From a virus: 43,869 bases of DNA. The notes under the pieces are model-generated. The model was not told the origin of the DNA. It did not search any database and worked only from the letters and a program-made list of their open reading frames with translations. Each line of letters opens with the position of its first letter. Position 1 is the stretch's first letter. Both the position numbers and the translations under genes were made by a program. Location of the stretch: UHGV virus genome UHGV-0210493; one strand, written 5' to 3'. This document shows, piece after piece, positions 16,033 through 26,182 of this stretch.

Positions 16033-18747
16033 CTAAAATTGCATGTTTAAGTTAATGCCATTGCCTTGAGCCTGACTAATGTCATCAACAAATTTAGAAA
16101 ACTCACTATCTCCAATTCGAACATTGAAAACAGCTGGCTTGTTATTGGTTCCATAGCTGACTTCATGTTGCACCTGTGTTTGAATTTGGCTATTAACTGC
16201 CGAAATTCGGTTTCCAATGTCCATGTTTGATGCTTTATCAGCTAATGTAGAGGATGCTTTGTCCACGTATTTTGAACCGTCAAGCATACCTTCTGCTAAA
16301 CCTTGCGAAGTGAACATACCTAATTCAGCCATCACACGTGAAGGAGAATGGATATTCAATACATCTTTGATTTTTCCGGTAATAGATCCAGCAACATCTT
16401 TGACTGCATTAACTACATCATCAATCTTGCTTCTGATTCCATTTACTAATCCATCAATGATATCTTTCCCGATTTGCAATAGGTCAATTTGTCTGATAGT
16501 GTCAAAGGTTTCTTTTACTCTATCTACGGCATTTGAAACACCGGTTTTCATGTCTTCCCACGCTTGCGCTGCGCCGTCTACAATGCTCTTCGCTGTATTA
16601 ATGACAGCATTCTTGGTATTTTCCCAAGCAGTCGTGACACCGTCTTTGATCGCATTCCACATGTTGATTGTGTTTGTCTTAATAGACTCCCACAGATCAA
16701 TAAAGAATTGCTTCACGCTATTCCAAGTGTCGATCGCCCCTTGTTTCATGCTTTCCCATGTTTCAGATAACCATGTTTTTAAGGCGTTCCAAGCGTCAAT
16801 TGTGCCTTGTTTGATATTGGCCCATGTTTCAACAAAGAAAGCTACAATACTGTTAAATGTATCAATCGCAATCGTTTGAATCGTTGTCCATATATAAGCT
16901 AGTGCTGCTTTAATACCATTCCAGATATTTAAGAACGCCATCTGAGTATTAGTTAAGAAGCTATCAAAAATCGCTTGAATGGAAGCCCAGATGTTCGCTG
17001 CTGCAGTTTGAATGTTGTTCCATACGCCTATCATGTTATTCTTAGCTTCTTCCCAGCCACCTGAGATTAAAGAAGTCACGAATAACACTGGAGCTAGAAT
17101 AACATTTTTCATAATTTCAAATATCTGACCAGCGATCTTCACTAAATTTGTCCAAAGTGTTTTCAGGAAAAAGCTCATATGGATAAACGCATTTCGAACA
17201 CCGTACACAAGCGTTCCGAAACGGCTCATGATTCCATCTGCAATACCTTTAACGATAGAAGTAACTGTTGATTTAATCCCGTTCCATAAGTCTGAGAACC
17301 ACTGTGTGATCCCATCCCAAACCGAAACGATATTATCTACGCCATTACTAAAAGCTTGCTTTGTCCCTTGCCACATATCACTAGCTGAATCTTTGATACC
17401 TTGCCATAGGTCTGCAAACCATTGCTTGGTATTCTGCCATCCCTTTTTGACGCTATCTACTGCTTGTTTACTCCCTTCAATCAAACCATCCCATGCATTT
17501 GAAAAGAATTCCGTCATTCCATTCCAAGCAGAAACGATCCAATCAACAGCAGCGCCAACAACACTTTGAATTCCTTCCCAAAGACCAATCCAGAAATTTC
17601 TAAAGCCTTCGCTTGTATTCCAAAGATAGATGAATCCTGCTACAAGAGCGATAACCGCCGCTATAACTAGTCCGATTGGGTTTAAGTTCATTAGGACGTT
17701 CATCATTTTTTGAGCGCCATTGTATAGCTCAACTGCTTTTCTGGCAGTACCCATGACACCTTGGTAGATACTTATATATCCTACTACTGCCATGATTAGC
17801 GGTAAGAAAGGTTTAATCGTGTCCCACAGAGTTGCCAAAAAGCTAATTGCCGGTGGAATGCTGTCAGTGATAGCTTTGAAAGCTACGTTTACCGCTCCTT
17901 TGATCTTGTCAAAGTTTTCAGCAATCGATCCAAGCCCAGCGTCTTGCATTCCTTCATCAATCGCTGTGATAACATTGGCCAAACCTTTTACAACAGCTGT
18001 CTTGATGTTTGCAAAGGAAGTCCTGATACCAGCCGAGTTCTTTTGAGCTAATTCAGCAAAACCGCCGACACCTTCGTTCAGCTCGATTAAGCGACTGTTA
18101 AAATCATCAAAAGTAATGTCGCCTTTTTTCAGAGCAGCATATAAGTCATTCGCTGAGTTGACACCTTGATCACTAAAGGATTTCGATACTTTATCCATCG
18201 CAATAGGCATGGTTTCAAGTAAAGAGCGCCAAGACTGAAGATCGACTTCTCCTTTTGAGAGCATTTGTTGGTATTGTTGCGCCCCACGACTTGCATCAGC
18301 TGCAGAAGCACCACTGGCCAAGAAAGCATTGTTTAAGGCTACTGCTGTGTCTGTCCCTTTTTGCAAATCACCAGTTGAAATAGCTAGCTGTTGAGCGCTA
18401 GATACGATTTCATCTAAACTTGTTGGCAATCCGTCTATTCCGTCTGTCAGTTTGTTCATTGACTTGTCGACTTCTTCGGCGGAATAACCTAACGCTTGCA
18501 TAACAACCGGGTATTTGTTCAATGTGTCGAAACGATCAATCGCACCGCCTAATGAACTAGTAACTAAGCCGATAGCTGAATCCACTAATTTAAAAACCCC
18601 GATACCTTTGGCGATATCGAGGATAGAAGTATTCGTTTTTTGAGTGCTGCTATCTAAGTTGTTCATCGAACTATCAGCATTCTTCATGGTAGAAGAAAAA
18701 TTCTTGTCGACAGCCGAAAGAATCGCTTCAACGCTATATGATTCCAT
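16033..18747 (-). CDS. tail tape measure protein
   Basis: 904 aa; alpha-helical with W/F-periodic repeats; follows the chaperone pair. Confidence 0.85.
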   Translation of the reverse strand: MESYSVEAILSAVDKNFSSTMKNADSSMNNLDSSTQKTNTSILDIAKGIGVFKLVDSAIGLVTSSLGGAIDRFDTLNKYPVVMQALGYSAEEVDKSMNKLTDGIDGLPTSLDEIVSSAQQLAISTGDLQKGTDTAVALNNAFLASGASAADASRGAQQYQQMLSKGEVDLQSWRSLLETMPIAMDKVSKSFSDQGVNSANDLYAALKKGDITFDDFNSRLIELNEGVGGFAELAQKNSAGIRTSFANIKTAVVKGLANVITAIDEGMQDAGLGSIAENFDKIKGAVNVAFKAITDSIPPAISFLATLWDTIKPFLPLIMAVVGYISIYQGVMGTARKAVELYNGAQKMMNVLMNLNPIGLVIAAVIALVAGFIYLWNTSEGFRNFWIGLWEGIQSVVGAAVDWIVSAWNGMTEFFSNAWDGLIEGSKQAVDSVKKGWQNTKQWFADLWQGIKDSASDMWQGTKQAFSNGVDNIVSVWDGITQWFSDLWNGIKSTVTSIVKGIADGIMSRFGTLVYGVRNAFIHMSFFLKTLWTNLVKIAGQIFEIMKNVILAPVLFVTSLISGGWEEAKNNMIGVWNNIQTAAANIWASIQAIFDSFLTNTQMAFLNIWNGIKAALAYIWTTIQTIAIDTFNSIVAFFVETWANIKQGTIDAWNALKTWLSETWESMKQGAIDTWNSVKQFFIDLWESIKTNTINMWNAIKDGVTTAWENTKNAVINTAKSIVDGAAQAWEDMKTGVSNAVDRVKETFDTIRQIDLLQIGKDIIDGLVNGIRSKIDDVVNAVKDVAGSITGKIKDVLNIHSPSRVMAELGMFTSQGLAEGMLDGSKYVDKASSTLADKASNMDIGNRISAVNSQIQTQVQHEVSYGTNNKPAVFNVRIGDSEFSKFVDDISQAQGNGINLNMQF

Positions 18748-18763
18748 AGTTTTCCTCCTTTCC

Positions 18764-19141
18764 TCAGGAGTTTACAAATCTCGGTACTTTTTCATCCTTG
18801 CCCAAGATTTTGTTTTCAAGTTTTTCCTTGTTAAAGAATTTTTCGAAGGTGTCAAATAAAGGAACCTCGTATTTACCACGTTTTTTAGTAGCTTTAACTT
18901 GATTATTCGCCCATGCTTGGTAATGAATAAGCTCTTGTTCGTCTAACCTTTTGAGACGATAAGCAATAAGCCTTGTTTCGTATTCCGCCATTGTCATTCG
19001 ATCAATATCTAAAAAATCAGTAATCCCGAGATAACGCAGACAGTTTATCTGGACAGTGGCATAAAAGTCTTCTTCTACTTGCTTTCCTTGATTCTGTTTT
19101 CGATCGTTAGTGTTTTTTTCTTTGTAAATTCCGACTTTTTT
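18764..19141 (-). CDS. -1 frameshift extension (gpT-like) of the tail assembly chaperone; fused to 19075..19422 via slippery A_AAA_AAG
   Basis: -1 frame is open from the heptamer (plus 19135..19141) through to 18764. Confidence 0.6.
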   Translation of the reverse strand, partial: KKVGIYKEKNTNDRKQNQGKQVEEDFYATVQINCLRYLGITDFLDIDRMTMAEYETRLIAYRLKRLDEQELIHYQAWANNQVKATKKRGKYEVPLFDTFEKFFNKEKLENKILGKDEKVPRFVNS

Positions 19142-19422
19142 AATTCTTCTAGTACCAAATCAAAGAGTTTATCCGAGCCGATTTCACCAACTAGGGCAAT
19201 CAAATCTTTTTCTGCTACTCGTGGTGACTCTGTTGCATTTGCTACTTTTAACATTTCAATCAAAGTCTCGATATCTTCGTTAAAGAAATTCACTAGCGTT
19301 GAATCTAAGCCAAGCTTCATTGTCATACCTTGCTCTACAACGGAATATCTACGGTTCATTTCACGGATAAACCCAAATCCAAAAATAAAGCTATACTCTT
19401 TGTCGTTAATAGTTAGTTCCAT
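19075..19422 (-). CDS. tail assembly chaperone (gpG-like)
   Basis: 115 aa acidic protein directly upstream of the tape measure. Confidence 0.7.
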   Translation of the reverse strand: MELTINDKEYSFIFGFGFIREMNRRYSVVEQGMTMKLGLDSTLVNFFNEDIETLIEMLKVANATESPRVAEKDLIALVGEIGSDKLFDLVLEELKKSEFTKKKTLTIENRIKESK

Positions 19423-19464
19423 TTATTCATCCTCCTAAAAATAAAAGCACTCAATTAAGAGTGC

Positions 19465-19971
19465 TTAGCCTGCTGGTGTTTGTTTTGTTGTGTCTACAAA
19501 TGCATACTGAACTTCATTTTGTTGTTCGGCCGTTAAGGTTGCATAACCATCTTGATGAATCATTTGTACGGCGTATTCCAATGAAACTTCAACATTATCT
19601 TCGGCAGAAGCTGTTTCTTCGTAGCTTGAGATATACACTTGCATATATTTAGCTGCAAATTTCCCTGTATCGCCTTCTTGTGGTTCGAGTTTGTCAATGA
19701 TCCATGTTTCCACCAATTTGTTGTTCATAAATGCATCGTAAAGCATTTTTAGTGTTTTGCTGCCACGTTCATATAAAGCGGTAGAGCTGAAATCATATTC
19801 AACCGCCCCTACATTTTGTGCAGTGCCATCTTTAGTTTCGGTAGCATCTGTACTGCGTGACATACCGAATGTATGCTCGGTTTGATAAGTAACAGTTTTG
19901 GCATCTTCTTCGGCTTGCTTTTCCAAGTCCCGATAGACCAAAATGACGTCAATACCTTTTTTTAGTGACAT
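19465..19971 (-). CDS. major tail protein
   Basis: 168 aa; position upstream of the chaperones. Confidence 0.7.
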   Translation of the reverse strand: MSLKKGIDVILVYRDLEKQAEEDAKTVTYQTEHTFGMSRSTDATETKDGTAQNVGAVEYDFSSTALYERGSKTLKMLYDAFMNNKLVETWIIDKLEPQEGDTGKFAAKYMQVYISSYEETASAEDNVEVSLEYAVQMIHQDGYATLTAEQQNEVQYAFVDTTKQTPAG

Positions 19972-20367
19972 TTAAATTCCTCCTATTAATCTAAAATTCA
20001 ATTCAATAATCGCTCTTTTAAGCGGTGTGTTTGTGCTTGTGTCTGTTACCGTCTGTATGTCGCTTGCATTGGTGTCTAGCGTCCATGAATATCCGTCAGA
20101 TGTATTTACTTGCATCGCTTGCTCAAACAAAGCAGACGCCATTTCAGACACCTGTTTTCGCTTTGTATGCAATCCCCATACAGAAATCACGATCACGACA
20201 TTTCCCAAGACATGAGACTTGTTGGTGGAATGAAGTGTTTGAGTGTCTTCAAATTCTACAAACGGGTAGCTAGTAGAACTCGCTGGTTTGCAGTCGTAGG
20301 TTTGATACCCCAATGCAATCGATCGTTTAAACATCTCATCAAAGATTGATTGTTCTCTAGTCTTCAT
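19972..20367 (-). CDS. tail completion / neck protein
   Basis: Synteny. Confidence 0.5.
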   Translation of the reverse strand: MKTREQSIFDEMFKRSIALGYQTYDCKPASSTSYPFVEFEDTQTLHSTNKSHVLGNVVIVISVWGLHTKRKQVSEMASALFEQAMQVNTSDGYSWTLDTNASDIQTVTDTSTNTPLKRAIIELNFRLIGGI

Positions 20368-20709
20368 CTATTCCACCAACTTATCCATATCAGATTTAAA
20401 CTGCGCCTTCTGCTTATTGAAAGCTGGTCGCATAAATGGTTGAGCTGATTGGAATCTTGTTCCGTACTCCAAATAAGGAGCGTAATCTGCGGTAGGTTTC
20501 ACCTTTCCTGTTAAACCGCCATCGCTCAAATCCATAGTTATTGATCGTCTCAAGTTACCAGTATCGACTGGCGCTTTACGTTGTGCGCCTTGTGTCAATT
20601 CGGTTGTATTCTGTTTGACGATCTGCTTCACATCTTTCATATTTGCATTAGACTTGAGTTTCATCGTCAATTTGCTAACACCTTTGAGAGAAACATTCCT
20701 TCTAGCCAC
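20368..20709 (-). CDS. HK97 gp10-family head-tail joining protein
   Basis: MARRNVSLKG...GNLRRSI pattern typical of the gp10 family. Confidence 0.65.
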   Translation of the reverse strand: MARRNVSLKGVSKLTMKLKSNANMKDVKQIVKQNTTELTQGAQRKAPVDTGNLRRSITMDLSDGGLTGKVKPTADYAPYLEYGTRFQSAQPFMRPAFNKQKAQFKSDMDKLVE

Positions 20710-21031
20710 CAGAAGCCACCTCCTGGACGATAAAAGTGTTTTTCAGCCGAAGGTTACGCTCAGTGATAATCTCGAACTTCTCCGTTTTGCTCCTTAGTTT
20801 GTTGAAGATTAAAACGTAATCCCACTCCTTGGTATAGGGTCGAAGTAAACGAATAACTTTTGCGCCTTGCTTAATATCTCCGAACAAAACTTTCGAGCGA
20901 TCAGTTCCCAAATCAGTTACATTAGCAAGCTTGATTTTTTCGTCTAAAGTCGGTTCTACATGCTCCCCTAACTCTGGATCATAATAGCCATCTTTTTCGA
21001 TAACGAAAGTTACTTCTGTGTCATATCTCAT
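20702..21031 (-). CDS. head closure / head-tail adaptor
   Basis: Synteny. Confidence 0.5.
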   Translation of the reverse strand: MRYDTEVTFVIEKDGYYDPELGEHVEPTLDEKIKLANVTDLGTDRSKVLFGDIKQGAKVIRLLRPYTKEWDYVLIFNKLRSKTEKFEIITERNLRLKNTFIVQEVASGG

Positions 21032-21366
21032 AGGAACCTAGCCACCCCTCTACGAGGAACGCTATTTTCCCTTTGCTTCTCTTTATATGCTGAAATGTCA
21101 TCTTCAAACTCATCTAAAAGCTTTCCGTAGGAGATTGACTCACCTTCTTGTCCATACGAGCTCATACCTTCGTTACCCTTGCGGTTGAATCGCTTGATAG
21201 TACATTCGACCACGATATAGTTTAAAGCCGTAGGAACACTCTCTAAGAAGCCTAAACGCACACATAGTTGGCTTGAGATTCGTTTGATAAAGTCAGTTAG
21301 TTGTTTATCGAGTTCTTCGTTATCAACTTCGAGCGATCGCTTCACTTCTTCTAAGGTTTCGTCCAT
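21028..21366 (-). CDS. head-tail connector (gp6-like)
   Basis: Synteny downstream of the capsid gene. Confidence 0.55.
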   Translation of the reverse strand: MDETLEEVKRSLEVDNEELDKQLTDFIKRISSQLCVRLGFLESVPTALNYIVVECTIKRFNRKGNEGMSSYGQEGESISYGKLLDEFEDDISAYKEKQRENSVPRRGVARFL

Positions 21367-21405
21367 GACTGCCTCCTTTCAAAAATAAAAAGGCTAGTCG
21401 GAGGA

Positions 21406-21612
21406 CTAACCTTTCTTTTTAGTTGATTTAGCTGATTTCTTAACTTGCTCTTTCTCTGCCTTAATCGGTTCTAAGAATCCTCCGCCAAACGCTTCAAGAT
21501 TTTTCTCAATTTCATCAAAGCGCTCTTTGTTCAAATCAATCTCTTGACCAACTTTATAAGTTTCTTTCGTGTGAACATCAATGAAAACTTTAGCTACTTT
21601 ATATTTGGCCAT
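21406..21612 (-). CDS. small hypothetical protein
   Basis: ORF track. Confidence 0.4.
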   Translation of the reverse strand: MAKYKVAKVFIDVHTKETYKVGQEIDLNKERFDEIEKNLEAFGGGFLEPIKAEKEQVKKSAKSTKKKG

Positions 21613-21622
21613 AGAGGATCAC

Positions 21623-22630
21623 CTACCCTTCTGCTAATACAGTTGCTTGGAACACGTTGTCCGCTTCAGGGAAGCTAGGAAGTGCAGTACCAGCTGCTTT
21701 TGTCCATGTTCCAACAGGGTCAAGATTTGATTCATAAACCATTGCAAAAATGTTTCCAACTTGATAATCATTAGTACCACCAGATAATAGCCGAGATTCT
21801 TCTGGCGTTACACCGAAAATAGATTCGCCCGGATTTTCATCACCGAACATGACAAGTTTATTTTCTGGGAAGTAGCGCTCTTTGACCAACACGCCTTGAG
21901 CATTTTCTTTATAGTACTTAGCATCGTATGTTGCGATTACTGGCAAACCAAATTGTTGTAACAACTGATTTAATGTTCCAGCTGTTGGCAGCAATCCAGC
22001 ATCTTTGAAGTAAGCTTTGATACCAGCATTTTGCAAAATAGCATTACGCACTTTAGTCGAAGTTAAGATCCGAGTTGGTGTAGTATCTAGCGTACCTGCC
22101 CATGTAGTTAATAATCCGATAACATCGGTAGAAGAAGCAGCGAAATCAACGGTAGCTTTGTGTTCTGCCGGAACACCATAATCAACAACTAGATCCAATC
22201 CGTTTTCATCTAATGTTACGGTTCCGTTTGCCAATACTTCCATACGCATTTTTTCAACACGTGCATTGACAGAAGAAACCATTGAAAATACATCGTTATA
22301 TACTTCATTTTCCAAAAATGCTTGTTCTTCAGCAGTACGAGGATTACGCAATGCAATCAAGTCTTTTTCTTTCAACTGAATTTTGCGTTTGATAAAAGCT
22401 AATTCTTGAGCGCTCCGAGAAGCCACACGAGATGCAATTTCTGCCTCAGTATCAAATGCATGTACGCTTGCGATCGTCGGAATACGAGTGCCTGCTTTTA
22501 AAATATCAAATTCAAGTCCTTGCACCTTTCGTGCTGGAAAAAGTGTTTCACCCAACAAAGCGGGAGCTTGACGATTGTTTACATAGTCTAAGACGTTACG
22601 TTGTGAAAATAATTCTGCGATATTTGCCAT
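21623..22630 (-). CDS. major capsid protein (lambda gpE-like)
   Basis: 335 aa; preceded by a decoration-like gene and a scaffold gene. Confidence 0.75.
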   Translation of the reverse strand: MANIAELFSQRNVLDYVNNRQAPALLGETLFPARKVQGLEFDILKAGTRIPTIASVHAFDTEAEIASRVASRSAQELAFIKRKIQLKEKDLIALRNPRTAEEQAFLENEVYNDVFSMVSSVNARVEKMRMEVLANGTVTLDENGLDLVVDYGVPAEHKATVDFAASSTDVIGLLTTWAGTLDTTPTRILTSTKVRNAILQNAGIKAYFKDAGLLPTAGTLNQLLQQFGLPVIATYDAKYYKENAQGVLVKERYFPENKLVMFGDENPGESIFGVTPEESRLLSGGTNDYQVGNIFAMVYESNLDPVGTWTKAAGTALPSFPEADNVFQATVLAEG

Positions 22631-22654
22631 TTATTTTTTCCTCCTATATTCCTA

Positions 22655-23008
22655 TTACTGTCCGCCTGCAGCGGCTGGTAAAGCGATCATTTTTCCTGTT
22701 TCATCATAAAGTTTGATTTCACGCATTGCTGTTTGAGCAGCATCGCTTGGTTTAACTGGTAACCGTTCAATTAGAATGTGTCCATCAACAATTACACCAA
22801 CTGGCTGTGCTCCATTAGTTACATCAACATCATTGATCGTGATTCCTTCTGCCGTTGCATCGTTTGCAGGGAAGATAGAGCCCGCTGGTAAAACACCATT
22901 TGTAACTCCCGCATGAGTATCATCAACCTGTTTTGTGAATGAAATGAATTGTTGAGATTTTAGAAAATTGATTTCTTTGAATGTTTCTGATTTTTTGACA
23001 TAAACCAT
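22655..23008 (-). CDS. head decoration protein (gpD-like)
   Basis: 117 aa; G/A/V/T-rich; between scaffold and capsid. Confidence 0.5.
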   Translation of the reverse strand: MVYVKKSETFKEINFLKSQQFISFTKQVDDTHAGVTNGVLPAGSIFPANDATAEGITINDVDVTNGAQPVGVIVDGHILIERLPVKPSDAAQTAMREIKLYDETGKMIALPAAAGGQ

Positions 23009-23019
23009 TGATATTCCTC

Positions 23020-23643
23020 CTATTTAATTGCCCAAGGGTCATTCTCAGGCTTTTTCGTTTGGTTGTTTGCATTTTTTGCTAGCTGTGCACCACGAGAAAT
23101 TGTTGCGCCGTTTCCATCTAAAGGAACTTTTCCGCCAAGTCGTTTCTCGTATTCCGCTTTGATTGCTTCACGTTCCGCTTCAACAGATGCTAGATACGTC
23201 TTAACGTTGCTTGACGTGGTTTCAGCGTCTTCTGACACAATTAGTCGAAGCATTTCTTTCGTGGGCGTAGCGCCTTTCTCAGACAGCATTTCACTTGCTT
23301 GTTCCGACATCTTAGATAGCACTTCTTTACGTTCGAACTCAGCTAGTTTTGCTTCAAGTTGCTGTTTCTCGTAGTCTGCTTTCTCTTTATCGTCCATTTC
23401 GGCAAGTTTGGCAGCTTCATCTTTTTCGGCACGCCATTTTTCTTCAGCAGCAGTGACAGCTTTCTTTGTTTCAGCAGCAATCATTTTTGCTACTTCGTCA
23501 CGAGAAAATGTTTTGCCTGTTTCTTCACCCTTTGGCTTATCCTCTGGTGGTGTAGCTTTTTCCGCCGGCGGTGTATCTTGACCACCTTCTGGTTCAGCAA
23601 AGTATTGTAAGTTCATAGGCATTAATAAACGTTTTGTCTTCAT
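23020..23643 (-). CDS. scaffolding protein
   Basis: E/K/A-rich alpha-helical 207 aa upstream of capsid. Confidence 0.7.
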   Translation of the reverse strand: MKTKRLLMPMNLQYFAEPEGGQDTPPAEKATPPEDKPKGEETGKTFSRDEVAKMIAAETKKAVTAAEEKWRAEKDEAAKLAEMDDKEKADYEKQQLEAKLAEFERKEVLSKMSEQASEMLSEKGATPTKEMLRLIVSEDAETTSSNVKTYLASVEAEREAIKAEYEKRLGGKVPLDGNGATISRGAQLAKNANNQTKKPENDPWAIK

Positions 23644-23769
23644 GATTATTCCTCCACGGTTACGCCGCTACCCGATAATTTAACTAGTTACGCCAGTCAG
23701 TCGGAACAGCTTTCTCTTTAATGCCTGTAAGCAGTAAGAAGGCATAATAAAAAGCCGTTAGCGAATGGG

Positions 23770-23955
23770 CTAGCGACTTTGATTAACTTTGATATATTTG
23801 TTCTGATTTTCTTCGAAATCACACATGAACCATTCGAATGTATCTTCGGCCAGTTCTTTATTATATAAACTTTGAAACTTGACTTTAAATAAATACCAAT
23901 AGAACGGGAATCTCATTTTTATTTTTAGAGTGATTGTTTTTTTCATTGTATCCAC
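23770..23955 (-). CDS. small hypothetical protein
   Basis: ORF track. Confidence 0.35.
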   Translation of the reverse strand: MDTMKKTITLKIKMRFPFYWYLFKVKFQSLYNKELAEDTFEWFMCDFEENQNKYIKVNQSR

Positions 23956-24258
23956 CTACATAGAAGCGCTTTGGAACATGCTTTGATTCATATTGTTTTG
24001 CAAAGCTTTGAAGTACTCAGGGTTAGACTGAACCAATTCTGTTATTGATTGCACAACAGGCTCAATAACCTTTCTAGCAGCTTCATACACTTCTTTTACA
24101 ATTGGTTCTAAGACATCAATTAAATGCTGTTTAACGGCATCATAGTCTTCTTTAAATTGAGCATCATTTTGATACAAATGCAAAATTTCCTCTTTGCTTT
24201 TCCCATATGCCGTTTCTAAAAATCTGTCAGATATAACTTGAAATGAATCTTTCTCCAT
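23956..24258 (-). CDS. hypothetical protein
   Basis: ORF track. Confidence 0.45.
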   Translation of the reverse strand: MEKDSFQVISDRFLETAYGKSKEEILHLYQNDAQFKEDYDAVKQHLIDVLEPIVKEVYEAARKVIEPVVQSITELVQSNPEYFKALQNNMNQSMFQSASM

Positions 24259-24260
24259 TG

Positions 24261-25214
24261 TTATAACCCTCTTTCTTTAAGCGACTTCTCAAATGCATCA
24301 CGATCAACATAAGGTGCTATCGAACACCGACAGAATGGATGCATCGGCGCAGCATTTGTACCTGGTTCCATTTCGTCAACATCAAACGCTTTTCCGTTAA
24401 GAGGTAAGCACAAGCGACACGCTGAAGGCTCAGAAATGAATGTGTACTTTGTAATATCAGCATCCCGATAACTTCGCTCTTGGATGCCAATCTGCACTCT
24501 AGTTGTTTCCGTAACCATCAAACGCTCAGTATTGAATCGAGTGTTCTCTCTACCTTTCTCAGTAAGGAATCTCGTTAATTCAGATGCCAACTGTTTGGGG
24601 TTACGGCCCATCGTCACACTTCGGACAAGCAACTTATCCAAATCTGCTTTCAACTCTGCTTGGTACATCCAAAGCCTTTCACTGAATGTTGCAAATCCAT
24701 CTGCTCGAAACGAGCTGTTTATTACTTGCTCCACTAATTTGGCATAGCCGCTTTTAGCGATCGTCATTTCTAGGATGCCTGCTTGTCGTTGCAGTTCTTT
24801 CAAGCCAGCACTGGTAAGCTCTCCTGAGAAGTACTTGTCCATATCGTTAAACGTGGCTATCAGCTCAAGCCCGATATTCGCCTTCAGCAATTCCAATCGA
24901 TTGACACGCATTGTAAGATTGTATAGCTTCAATTCCTTGTTTGCTGTAGGTGAGAAGTCTTTCTCTTTAACATACTTCTTAGCCTTGCGAGCAAATGCTT
25001 TTACATCCATTTCGCTAGCACGTTTCATCGCTTCGCTACGAGTGATTTTCTGCCCGTTTGAAAAACTATCCCACTGTGCGTCTATCTCTTTCTGTATCGC
25101 ATCCTGTGCGTATTGCAGGCGCTTCTTGATCTCGTTCATGCGTTTCTTGTCATCTTTAATCTGTTGCTCTTGCCAAGCTTTTTCCCTTTTGATGAAGTAA
25201 TCTTGTGATTTCAC
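24261..25214 (-). CDS. head morphogenesis protein (SPP1 gp7 / Mu F family)
   Basis: C-terminal ...PMHPFCRCS motif characteristic of the gp7 family. Confidence 0.8.
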   Translation of the reverse strand: MKSQDYFIKREKAWQEQQIKDDKKRMNEIKKRLQYAQDAIQKEIDAQWDSFSNGQKITRSEAMKRASEMDVKAFARKAKKYVKEKDFSPTANKELKLYNLTMRVNRLELLKANIGLELIATFNDMDKYFSGELTSAGLKELQRQAGILEMTIAKSGYAKLVEQVINSSFRADGFATFSERLWMYQAELKADLDKLLVRSVTMGRNPKQLASELTRFLTEKGRENTRFNTERLMVTETTRVQIGIQERSYRDADITKYTFISEPSACRLCLPLNGKAFDVDEMEPGTNAAPMHPFCRCSIAPYVDRDAFEKSLKERGL

Positions 25215-25218
25215 TTAA

Positions 25219-25500
25219 TCACTCCTCGATGATTTCGTAGGTCTCAAGAAAGATATCTGGTTTGCACGGATACAATTCACCTTGAACGCCTTGCACAATG
25301 TAATCTCCTGCGTCAGCTGCCATCTTTCCTTCTAAAGTTGCGATCGTTAAAGTATTAGGTTTATCAAAGAAAATAATTCTATTGCCAATTTCATTTGTTA
25401 ACCACTCAGGTCTTTCGCTAAAAATAGCTTGTCCTGTAACTGATCTGAAACCCTCGAACTTTACAGCTTCAACTACAACTGGTCTCTTACGTGCTTTCAT
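25219..25500 (-). CDS. hypothetical protein
   Basis: ORF track. Confidence 0.45.
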   Translation of the reverse strand: MKARKRPVVVEAVKFEGFRSVTGQAIFSERPEWLTNEIGNRIIFFDKPNTLTIATLEGKMAADAGDYIVQGVQGELYPCKPDIFLETYEIIEE

Positions 25501-25512
25501 TTCTTATCCTCC

Positions 25513-25743
25513 CTACCAACTAAATCTGACTAACTCAATTTTTGCATCAATCGAATGCTTATCCTCGTAATCTTCAACAGTAAAGCCGCCATCTTGAAAC
25601 TCTTTGCGGATATCATCTGTAATGACGTCTTTGCCATAAAAAACTTCGTTGCGGCCTTTTTTCATTTCTTCAGCAATAGCATCTTTGATTTTTTCGCTAT
25701 CCTTCTTTTGATACTCGGTCATCATCTGTTCTTTTAGATTCAT
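25513..25743 (-). CDS. hypothetical acidic protein
   Basis: ORF track. Confidence 0.45.
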   Translation of the reverse strand: MNLKEQMMTEYQKKDSEKIKDAIAEEMKKGRNEVFYGKDVITDDIRKEFQDGGFTVEDYEDKHSIDAKIELVRFSW

Positions 25744-25753
25744 TATTATTACC

Positions 25754-25926
25754 TCTCAATACGCAGGAATTATATTAAGCCATAGGACAAACATTGTTAG
25801 TATTTTAATAGCCACCAAAATAAAACCAGCAACAATAACAATTGCGGAATACCATGAAGCGGTCCACTTGACGAAATCAAGAATTGAATCATAATCACGT
25901 TTGGATTTTCTCTTCACCTTCGCCAT
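25754..25926 (-). CDS. small membrane protein (56 aa)
   Basis: ATG with GGAGGATGG RBS; basic N-terminus plus one TM; not in track. Confidence 0.35.
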
Positions 25927-25930
25927 CCTC

Positions 25931-26182
25931 CTAAGAATTAGACATAGCTAAGGTCAGTTGAAAGGCTTGCTCTTCTGAGAATCCCTGTTCAATCAACTTA
26001 TCCATTAAAACTTTCAATGCAGTTGCTGTTAGTCCGTAAATGCCATCTAGATATTCCTGAAGCTTCTCAGCCGTTTCTGCAATGTCGCCTGTATTCATAT
26101 CGTCAATAGCTTCAAGTACTTGCTTCATCATCTTTTTGTTCATCTTCTTCAACCTCCGTATCAGTTTCTTTGTCACTGTCAA
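25931..26182 (-). CDS. hypothetical protein
   Basis: ORF track; overlaps the portal 3' end. Confidence 0.4.
   Translation of the reverse strand: MTVTKKLIRRLKKMNKKMMKQVLEAIDDMNTGDIAETAEKLQEYLDGIYGLTATALKVLMDKLIEQGFSEEQAFQLTLAMSNS

Noticed and set aside
16217-16879. 220-aa plus-strand ORF, with other plus-strand ORFs at 17228..17569, 17792..18046, 23063..23374, 24775..25200 and 36638..37096
   Set aside because: All lie antisense inside well-supported minus-strand structural or replication genes, lack RBSs and have low-complexity S/L/C/F composition typical of antisense artefacts
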